Below, piece after piece: positions 28,019 through 36,195 of a DNA stretch of 64,000 nt (its first letter is position 1; each line of letters starts with the position of its first letter). Source of the stretch: an uncultured Saccharicrinis sp. (GTDB taxonomy: Bacteria > Bacteroidota > Bacteroidia > Bacteroidales > Marinilabiliaceae). A program made the translations under genes and the position numbers. The notes beneath the pieces are model-generated. The model did not search any database and was not told where the DNA came from. It saw only the letters and a list, made by a program, of their open reading frames with translations. The stretch lies in contig CAXXLC010000023.1 in NCBI GenBank assembly GCA_963677345.2, positions 21,991 through 85,990 on the forward strand. The letters are read 5' to 3'.

Positions 28019-28862
28019 ATAAATAAAACCTGATTAAATCTATCATCTGCCTGTAATAGATATTACCAAACAAGTTATAATGATTCATTACATGATATAA
28101 AAGATAAATATTTTCTCTATACTCATAACCGACTGGCAAAGGATATACTTTTTGATACGCATCATAAAACTCCGCAGTAAAACCTCCAAATAATTTTGTC
28201 ATTGCCAAATCAGTCTCACGATCTCCATAATAAACAGCAGGATCAATAAGCACAGCATCACCATTCTCATCAATCAAGTAATTTCCTCCCCATAAATCAC
28301 CATGAAGTAAAGAAGAAATATTAACACTATCCCTTAAAATATAATCTATCTTTTTTTCTAGTTTAAAGAACAGTTTTGAAAGCTCAGGCGTGGCTCTTCC
28401 TTGTGTTTGAGCCAAATTATACTGAAACAACAATCGGTTATTAAAATAAAATTCAGTCCAACTATATAAATGTGTATTTTTTTGAACAGATGCTCCTATG
28501 AAATTATCTTCCTTAAAACCAAACTTATCAGAAGTATAACGATGTAAATTCGCTAATTGAAAACCAAAATGCGCCATCGAATTACGGGTTTTAATTCCTG
28601 AATTAATAAACTCTAGCAATAGAAAATCTTCACCCTGCAATATTACTTTAGGTATCCGTATACACTTAGCTTTCGCCAATTCTTTTAATCCATTAGCTTC
28701 ACATTCAAACATTCCATTTGAAAAACCGTGCTTTAAAAAGTATTTATTCCCTTTATCTGTATAAATTATTCCTGATTGTGCAATACATCCCCCTCCTACT
28801 GACGAAGCTTTTAAAACTTTTTCTCCAAGTTGATTATATATTGAATCAAGTATATTATTCAT
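28017..28862 (-). CDS. Fructosamine kinase family protein
   Basis: 281 aa with the LLHGDLWGGN catalytic-loop motif. Confidence 0.85.
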   Translation of the reverse strand: MNNILDSIYNQLGEKVLKASSVGGGCIAQSGIIYTDKGNKYFLKHGFSNGMFECEANGLKELAKAKCIRIPKVILQGEDFLLLEFINSGIKTRNSMAHFGFQLANLHRYTSDKFGFKEDNFIGASVQKNTHLYSWTEFYFNNRLLFQYNLAQTQGRATPELSKLFFKLEKKIDYILRDSVNISSLLHGDLWGGNYLIDENGDAVLIDPAVYYGDRETDLAMTKLFGGFTAEFYDAYQKVYPLPVGYEYRENIYLLYHVMNHYNLFGNIYYRQMIDLIRFYL

Positions 28863-29331
28863 TCTCCATTTTATTAATCAAACCTTCGCAAGCATCTTCC
28901 AATAAATCCAGCACGAGCTCAAAACCAGAAGCTCCTCCATAATAGGGATCCGGAACTGAATCATGAACATATTTTGAACAATAATCAGTCATTTTGCTAA
29001 TTTTTTTCTTATCTTCTGGATATTCCGCCAAATTATTCAGATCTTTGATATTCTGATCGTCCATCCCAATAATATAATCAAATTCTTTAAAGTCATATCT
29101 TGAATCCACAGGGCGACTAATACTTGTTAAATGATAACTTCTACGCATCGCATGCTGTTTCATCCTGGAGTCAGCAGATTCCCCTGCATGATAACCGGTA
29201 ATTCCAGCGGAGTCAACAAAATATTTTTTTGTCAACCCATATTCCTCTAATTTAGCTTTCATTACTGCCTCTGCACTTGGTGAACGACAAATATTGCCCA
29301 GGCAAACAAATAATATCTTTTTTTGATCCAT
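28855..29331 (-). CDS. Low-molecular-weight protein-tyrosine phosphatase
   Basis: It has the CLGNICRSP P-loop (CX5R-S) at the N-terminus and a DP motif near the C-terminus. It overlaps the downstream kinase gene by 8 nt. Confidence 0.9.
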   Translation of the reverse strand: MDQKKILFVCLGNICRSPSAEAVMKAKLEEYGLTKKYFVDSAGITGYHAGESADSRMKQHAMRRSYHLTSISRPVDSRYDFKEFDYIIGMDDQNIKDLNNLAEYPEDKKKISKMTDYCSKYVHDSVPDPYYGGASGFELVLDLLEDACEGLINKMENE

Positions 29332-29370
29332 ACCTTATTACGTTTTTTAATCAATGTTACACAAATTAGT

Positions 29371-29458
29371 TGTTAGTTCCTAGTTAAAAGTTGAAAGTTG
29401 AAAGTCTTGGTTTCCTGCTACACATATCTTTACGAGTAGTACTATTACTAGCTCTTAG
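29371..29458. repeat. 88-bp dispersed direct repeat, copy A
   Basis: tgttagttcctagttaaaagttgaaagttgaaagtcttggtttcctgctacacata...tactattactagctcttag recurs with few changes at 31896-31983. Confidence 0.85.
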
Positions 29459-29507
29459 CGCTTAGCTCTTAGTTCTTAGCTCTTAGTTCTTAGTTCTTAG
29501 TTGGCAG
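29452..29507. repeat. Heptamer run (YTCTTAG-like) x8
   Basis: Reads ctcttag cgcttag ctcttag ttcttag ctcttag ttcttag ttcttag ttggcag. Confidence 0.85.
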
Positions 29508-30799
29508 TTTCTAGTGCCTGATACTCAGCGCACAGAGCAAACAAAATTTCAGAATGAAAACCAAAATCCGTAAGGATTTATCTTTGCGACCTTAGTTTTA
29601 AGGAGTTTGAATCTTTATTTTAAAAGTTATTTCCGGTTTTGCGGGCTTTGCGAGAAAAATAGTTCTTAGGTGTTAGACGTTAAGCCATATTGTAATGCTG
29701 TTAAATTAAAATGTTTCTCTAACGAAGGCAACAATTAAGCGTGCTGTAAATCATTTCTCCTCCTTCCGAAGGAGGAGTACCCGAAGTATGAGGGGGAGGT
29801 GGTTTAAAATCTTCTATTTTATTTTTCCTCCTTGTTCTCTGCGTGAACTCAGCGTTTTATGCGGTTTAAAAGATGAAAGATTAGGGATTAAGGAATTTAC
29901 TGTTGACTGAGTACTGAATACTGTCAAACTAATTTAAACCACCCCGTCAGATACTCGTGCCTCGTATCTGCCACCCCTTAGTTCTTAGTTCTTAGTTTCT
30001 AGGGCCTGGTACTCAGCGCACAGAGCAAACAAAATTTCAGAATGAAAACCAAAATCCGTAAGGATTTATCTTTGCGACCTTAGTTTTAAGGAGTTTGAAT
30101 CTTTATTTTAAAAGTTATTTCCGGTTTTGCGGGCTTTGCGAGAAAAATAGTTCTTAGATGTTAGACGTTAAGCCATATTGTAATGCTGTTAAATTAAAAT
30201 GTTTCTCTTCCAAAGGCAACAACTAAGCGTGCTGTAAATCATTTCTCCTCCTTCCGAAGGAGGAGTAACCGAAGTATGAGGGGGAGGTGGTTTAAAATCT
30301 CCTATTTTATTTTTCCTCCTTGTTCTCTGCGTGAACTCAGCGTTTTATGCGGTTTAAAAGATGAAAGATTAGGGATTAAGGAATTTACTGTTGACTGAGT
30401 ACTGAATACTGTCAAACTAATTTAAACCACCCCGTCAGATACTCGTGCCTCGTATCTGCCACCCCTTAGTTCTTAGTTCTTAGATTCTAGTGCCTGATAA
30501 TCAGCGCACAGAGCAAACAAAATTTCAGAATGAAAACCAAAATCCGTAAGGATTTATCTTTGCGACCTTAGTTTTAAGGAGTTTGAATCTTTATTTTAAA
30601 AGTTATTTCCGGTTTTGCGGGCTTTGCGAGAAAAATAGTTCTTAGGTGTTAGACGTTAAGCCATATTGTAATGCTGTTAAATTAAAATGTTTCTCTTCCA
30701 AAGGCAACAACTAAGCGTGCTGTAAATCATTTCTCCTCCTTCCGAAGGAGGAGTACCCGAAGTATGAGGGGGAGGTGGTTTAATATCTTCTATTTTATT
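29482..30799. repeat. Tandem repeat, 488-bp unit, ~2.7 copies, non-coding
   Basis: The marker actcagcgcacagagcaaac occurs at 29523 and 30011, and as aatcagcg... at 30499, giving a period of 488. Copies differ by only a few substitutions and one extra heptamer in copy 1. The similarity ends near 30799. Confidence 0.9.
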
Positions 30800-31120
30800 A
30801 TACCTGTCTGCTTGTTCAACAGACAGGTAAGTTGTATGTACTTCATCAAATAATCGATGGTGATTAAGGCATTATTACCGACCCTACATAAACAGAGTTA
30901 CTCGCACAGTTGCTGTTATCGGTTGCATCACTTGCAATATAACAATGCACTTCTGTTCCGGCAGGGGCATAAGGTAATCCTATTTTAATAATATTTCTCT
31001 TATGGCTTTTTTTTAGCCGCTGCTCTTTCTGCTGCTTTTCGGACTTTATGCCTTTTTATCCAGTTTGAAATTACAGTAGTGAGAGTTCCTACAAGCAGGG
31101 TGATCGCTGACCTGATCAGC

Positions 31121-31147
31121 TCTTAGGTCTTAGGTCTTAGGTCTTAG
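31121..31147. repeat. Heptamer run (GTCTTAG) x4
   Basis: Reads tcttag gtcttag gtcttag gtcttag. Confidence 0.8.
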
Positions 31148-31497
31148 CCTTCAGTTTGGTAAATTTGATCTCTGCATGAAAAAAGTCACTTTATAAACTT
31201 TCAACTTTATAAACTTTCAACTTTCGACTTTTAACGTTCACCTAATTGTTTAATGCTAAATTATGATGAAAAGCAATAGAAAAAAATTACAATAATATTA
31301 CTGTAACTTTTTTGAGCCGCAAAATACTGACTTAGTGGATATTAAAATTTTAACCCCATTGAAAAATATACACCCAGCGCGTTATCTGATACCCCATATT
31401 CCGCAAAATAGCAAAAAAGGACAAAAATATTCCGGGATTTGCTGTTTTTGAGCAAAATGATTCCACAAAAAGCCGGTTTTAACACTTTTTAATTCCG

Positions 31498-31662
31498 TTC
31501 TTCGCAGGTTCTTCGCAAATCCTCCACTACTTCTTCGCATTTCTCCACTAGCTCTCCACTAATCCTTCACACCTGCTCCTATCCTGCTTCGGGATTGCTT
31601 CGCCCCTGCTCCACCATTCTCCACTAATTCTTCACATGCAGGTCACTATCTGTTCACTATAG
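31498..31662. repeat. 11-bp phased degenerate repeat array, 15 units
   Basis: Reads ttcttcgcagg|ttcttcgcaaa|tcctccactac|ttcttcgcatt|tctccactagc|tctccactaat|ccttcacacct|gctcctatcct|gcttcgggatt|gcttcgcccct|gctccaccatt|ctccactaatt|cttcacatgca|ggtcactatct|gttcactatag. Confidence 0.8.
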
Positions 31663-31724
31663 ATCTTGCGAATAATCAGCTAAGCAAACTAAATGAAACT
31701 ACAAACCAGTATCGACTATAGTAT

Positions 31725-31768
31725 GGAGCTGAGTCGGAGCTGAGTCATAGCAAATCCGGAGCTGACTC
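31725..31768. repeat. Second 11-bp phased array (GGAGCTGAGTC) x4, one unit diverged
   Basis: Reads ggagctgagtc|ggagctgagtc|atagcaaatcc|ggagctgactc. Confidence 0.75.
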
Positions 31769-31895
31769 ACAAACACTTGCTCCGGCAACAACGATAACTT
31801 GCAATTTTACCCGCCATGAATTTGTTTTTTTTACCTCCTCAAACCACGAGCCATTATGTTAATATGAAAACAGTAACAGCAGAGTCGGTTGTAGA

Positions 31896-31983
31896 TGTTA
31901 GTTCCTAGTTAAAAGTCAAAAGTTAAAAGTCTTGGTTTCCTGCTACACATATTCTTATAATTGGTACTATTACTAGCTCTTAG
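31896..31983. repeat. 88-bp dispersed direct repeat, copy B
   Basis: It matches 29371-29458 and is also followed by a CTTAG-type heptamer run. Confidence 0.85.
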
Positions 31984-32011
31984 TTTTTAGTTCTTAGCTC
32001 CTAGGCATTAG

Positions 32012-32076
32012 GCCATAGTATTTCAGGTTGCAACATTTGCGCAGCAAATATTAATTCGTGATAATTAGCTGTAATT
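32012..32076. repeat. 65-bp dispersed direct repeat, copy C
   Basis: gccatagtatttcaggttgcaacatttgcgcagcaaatattaattcgtgataattagctgtaatt recurs at 32864-32928. Confidence 0.85.
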
Positions 32077-32560
32077 AACAATGTAACTTGACATTATATG
32101 GTATTGTTGAACTCCTTCGTCGTTTCATTTTAATTCGCATTTATAAAGAATTCGTGATAATCAGCGAAAATTAGATGACTGTAAAATCATTGAGAAGCAA
32201 TACTAATTCGTGAAATTAGCGAAATTAGTGGATCAACCCATTGCGAAGCAATAAATAATCTAATAACAGATGCTGGTACGAGATTGTAACTCGTACCTTT
32301 TCATTTACCCTGTATTCACTTATTTACTGCAGTCTTCAGTTGGCATCTTTTTAACTCAGTTAGTAAAAGAAAATACCAAGCTGTAAATCAGCTTCTCCCC
32401 TTTGGGGAGAATGAGAGGGGCTTTTAATCCTCCCCCAATCGGGGGAGTTAGAGGGGGCTTCTTTCAGGCCGGGAGGCCTTGATTTATAAGACATAGCGAG
32501 ACGCTATACCTAACAAAGAGAGCTGCCTGCTGACAATAAAGTATTTTCATGGTAAATACA

Positions 32561-32621
32561 CGTCCTGAAAGGACAACTCAAAAATGCTTGTTTGAATACA
32601 TTGAGCTGTCCTTTCAGGACG
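32561..32621. repeat. 19-bp inverted repeat (long hairpin)
   Basis: cgtcctgaaaggacaactc (32561-32579) pairs with gagctgtcctttcaggacg (32603-32621). There is one mismatch and a 23-nt loop. Confidence 0.8.
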
Positions 32622-32863
32622 CAGATTAACACGACGTATTATTATTCCCAAGGCGTTGCCATGGGCTGAATTGAGCTGGGCTTACAGCCCGGGATTTTAC
32701 AGCCCCCTATAACTCCCTCGAATGGGGAAGGACGGATTTACAGCTCCGGAATATTGTCTTAGTGTAAACGAAGAAACCTCTGGGTTGTTGGGATATATAG
32801 ATTAAGGATGAATTAGCTGGCGAGTTGTTAAGTCGTCTAATTGTTGAGTTGATGAGTGATTAT

Positions 32864-32928
32864 GCCATAGTATTGCAGATTGCAATATTTGCGCAGCAAA
32901 TACCAATTCGTGATAATTAGCTGTAATT
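32864..32928. repeat. 65-bp dispersed direct repeat, copy D
   Basis: gccatagtattgcagattgcaatatttgcgcagcaaataccaattcgtgataattagctgtaatt differs from copy C by a few substitutions. Confidence 0.85.
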
Positions 32929-33640
32929 CGTTACAACCACCCATTACTCATAATAAGTTTGTATTTTTTTGCATTCGTAATTTCGTTCCTCAATTCGACT
33001 TCGACTCCATGCATAAGCATGATCAGGATCAACACCCAAACGAATCAGGCTTTTCCTTTTACGTTCAGGTTAATTTATTCACTAAGTTTTATTATTAATG
33101 GTGTTGATAATTTCCGCTACACGCTACGCTTCAATTCTGTCCGTCAGTACCGGAATCGAAGATCAGCGAATGCTAATTTGCCGTGTGCCATCGCTAAAGC
33201 TATAGCGACATGCGATTTGACTTCCTTCACTGCTGCTGTCACCAGCAACCACTGCATTTTTCCATTCGTAAAAAGCGTCACTTGCTAATGGTTCGAAGCG
33301 TTACCTCCGTCCACTCGGGACTTGCACCCTATGGATAAAATTTCCCCACACCCGATGTTTATTGTAAAAGATTTGTATTTTTAAACTTTTTCAAGAACTT
33401 CCGGTGTAGGTGCACCGCTGCTCATGTAGGGCACACACAGCACATTAATTTAAGGGCTGGTCGGTAGTAATTTGGAGTTCTGCATCCCGTATTAGCTTTA
33501 GTTTAGGCAGAAAGGAATGAAACTCGCAATCAGCCCCGTAAATTAATGTGTAACGTTGCCGTTCATTGAAACCTCTGCAGTACAATATGATAAATTAAAT
33601 AGAATTGTATATTTGTAAGTGACGAATATATGATATAAAA

Positions 33641-34513
33641 ATGACAAGTAAATCACAGATAGAAGTTGAAAACAAGCTCATCTCCATAGTTAAACAGGAT
33701 GAACAAGACTATATTAGTCTGACTGACATGGTAAGAGACGAATAAGGTTCAGACCATATTCGGAATTGGATGAGGAATCGTAACACTGTTGAATTTATCG
33801 GCCTCTGGGAGACTTTAAATAATCCAAATTTTAAACATGTCGAATTCGACACCTTTAGAAAACAAGCAGGATTAAATAGTTTTAACTTAACTCCTAAAAA
33901 ATGGATTGAGGCAACAAATGCTATAGGAATAATTTCTAAGTCTGATCGATATGGAGGAACTTATGCACATAAAGATTTAGCCTTTGAGTTTGGTTCTTGG
34001 ATTAGTCCAATGTTTAAGCTTTTATTGATTAAGGAATACCAGAGATTAAAAGAAATTGAAAGCAATCAATATAATTTAGAATGGAATGTAAAACGGATTT
34101 TATCCAAAACTAATTATCAAATTCATACAGAAGCTGTTAAAGACTGTATAATTCCTGAAAAAAATTATGAAAAAGATAAAGAGTGGTTGGTTTATGCAGA
34201 AGAAGCAGATTTATTAAATGTAGTATTATTCAATTGTGCAGCAAAAGATTGGAGAGACTCAAATCCGGACAAAGCAAAGAAAGGTTTAAATATTAGAGAT
34301 TTCGCAAGTATAAATGAATTGGTAGTTCTTGCAAATCTTGAAAATATAAATTCTATTCTCATTCGAAATAAAATTGATAAGGTGGAACGATTTCATCAAT
34401 TAAAAGAAATTGTGCAGATTCAATTAAAGTCACTTGATGAACATGATTTTATGAAAGCATTGAAAAAAGTGTCTGAGGATATTTACATAAACAATAAGAA
34501 TAGGCTAAAATAA
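33641..34513 (+). pseudogene. KilA-N domain protein gene interrupted by an in-frame TAA
   Basis: From ATG 33641 the frame reads MTSKSQIEVENKLISIVKQDEQDYISLTDMVRDE, then TAA (33743-33745). It continues in the same frame as GSDHIRNWMRNRNTVEFIGLWE...GGTYAHKDLAFEFGSWISPMFKLLLIKEYQRLKE, the typical Bacteroidales KilA-N pattern. The track ORF covers only 33770-34513. Confidence 0.7.
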
Positions 34514-34588
34514 ACAACGAAACAGCACAACACTTAGCCTCTAATGTAGGATTGCTTGCATACCCTACAGATTGGAGGGTTTGTTGAA

Positions 34589-35385
34589 CTAAACAATATT
34601 CCAGCAACTAATCTGTAAGGTGTTAATATTGTCATTTTTACTTATAGTACCCAAATATTCCACTACCGAATGGGGCGATCCAAAGGCTTGTTTGGCATAC
34701 ACAACCCAGGATTCCGGAATTAAATTGCGAGGCACAAACTTGTGTATTTTACCCTGCTGCTTCAACTTACGTATCTTTTTAGCAAAAATGGCACTAAACT
34801 TATTCGACATTTGTTTTACATCAAACAAAAATTCGCCGTTTTGTTTGGTTGTTTTCCATTGGCCATTTTTATCCATACCACCTGCCGGAATAATATTATT
34901 AGTAAGTCCACTTAATTTTAAAAGATCCGGTAAAAAGCGTCTGATTATACTCCCAATATCCAAACCCATCTCTAACAAATGAGTGGCATAACTATGTCTG
35001 AGCGTATGAATACACACATTTCCTGTTGCGAGAAAACCACAGGTGAGGCTTTACTTCCTTTAATAGAAGGAAAAGCCAGGTACAGCTCCTGATTTTTAAA
35101 CATAGTAAACAAAGTTCTTAAACCATAAACAAGATGTTCAAACGAACTTCTACTGGGTTTTTCATTAAGTTGAATTTCAAACAAATATTCTTCCATCTGG
35201 TCAATGGAAAGTTCCAAAGGCGAGCACTTAAAATGCAAAACCATCATAGAAATCTGCATCAGGTAATTCCGTGTGCTAGATTCCGATTTACCGGCAATGG
35301 TATACTTTCGAAGAAATTGCTCACTAATGATTTTGAATTCAGGAACGGCATTACAAGCCTGTTGAAGGTAAGATTCTCTACTCAT
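34589..35385 (-). pseudogene. Deleted tyrosine recombinase fused to an IS91-family (Y2) transposase fragment
   Basis: ORF 34972-35385 is an integrase N-terminal SAM-like domain. A frameshift and internal deletion lead into ORF 34589-35017, which starts with the recombinase motif HTLRHSYATHLLEMG. That ORF then jumps into IS91-transposase-like sequence (WVVYAKQAFGSPHSVVEYLG) and truncates. Confidence 0.7.
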
Positions 35386-35849
35386 TATCTTTATATTTAA
35401 ATTAATAATGGTAGAAGATGTAAATTTCTTACGAATTTTATTAGTTTTAGCCTAAGCTCCTGCTTTGCGGGTTTAGTTCAACACTTAGAATATAATTAAC
35501 CATGAGCATCCGAAGAAATATACCTACTATGATGAAGGTGATTAAATATATTTTAATGATAAGCATAACTTAAAAGGTCATTAAGAACGTTGTTTCGTTG
35601 TTGTACGGAACCGGGAGAAACAAACCTACACTATGGGGATTGACATGGAAATCCTTAGTGTTTTAGTTTTTGGAAGCAGCATTGTAAGAGCAAAAATATC
35701 AAGATTTGGTTATAAATCATTAAAAAACAAGGGCTACTCCGCTTCAATGTATTAATTGACAATTGATTTTACTCTGTTTTGTTGCCAACAAAACATACCT
35801 TTCCCATTATACCTTTATGTATTGCAAACCTGCGCAGGAATTCATAAAA

Positions 35850-36041
35850 CTACAAAAACATTACTCCAACCTTAGAGTTTTTATAGTTGAGCCATGAAAA
35901 GTATAGGTTATCTTCATCAACACCTTTAATACGATGATTACTAATGGCTACCCGAATTGAAAAAACTTTCTCGTGCTCGTTGTATTTAAAATACAGTATT
36001 TTTAGTATACCATCCAAACAATTATTATTAACAAACGTCAA
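35850..36041 (-). pseudogene. IS91-family transposase fragment
   Basis: The 63-aa ORF contains VAISNHRIKGVDEDNLYFSWLNYKNSKVGVMFL, matching the segment that follows YLGRYTHR in IS91-type transposases. It is isolated and out of order relative to 34589-35385. Confidence 0.55.
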
Positions 36042-36063
36042 TTTTCTGCCAACCTAAGTTCTA

Positions 36064-36128
36064 ACCTGAACTATTCATAAATTATTCTACTGCAAGTCTC
36101 AAAACGAAAATTCATGAATACATCAGGC
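36064..36128. mobile_element. MITE-like element, short copy (~65 bp, inverted relative to 19713-19887)
   Basis: Its reverse complement, gcctgatgtattcatgaattttcgttttgagacttgcagtagaataatttatgaatagttcaggt, equals the two ends of the 19.7-kb copy without that copy's ~110-bp interior. Confidence 0.6.
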
Positions 36129-36195
36129 TAGATAAAATTCTGGATTCAGGTAATTATTTAGGCATTGTCATAAATAAAACGTTCCTTTGTTTTAT

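Noticed and set aside
29482-30799. Possible CRISPR array, because of regularly repeated sequence
   Set aside because: The period is 488 bp and the whole unit is repeated. There is no 25-40-bp repeat alternating with unique spacers, and no cas genes are in the window.
32880-33288. ORFs of 72 aa and 109 aa inside the non-coding island
   Set aside because: They overlap each other in different frames and have low-complexity, Cys/Phe/Ser-rich translations with no motif. They overlap the 65-bp dispersed repeat. They are most likely chance ORFs.
33641-36128. Intact prophage or integrative element (KilA-N plus integrase plus transposase)
   Set aside because: The integrase and the IS91-type transposase are internally deleted and frameshifted, and KilA-N has a nonsense codon. 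No structural, replication or conjugation genes are present. Only remnants remain.
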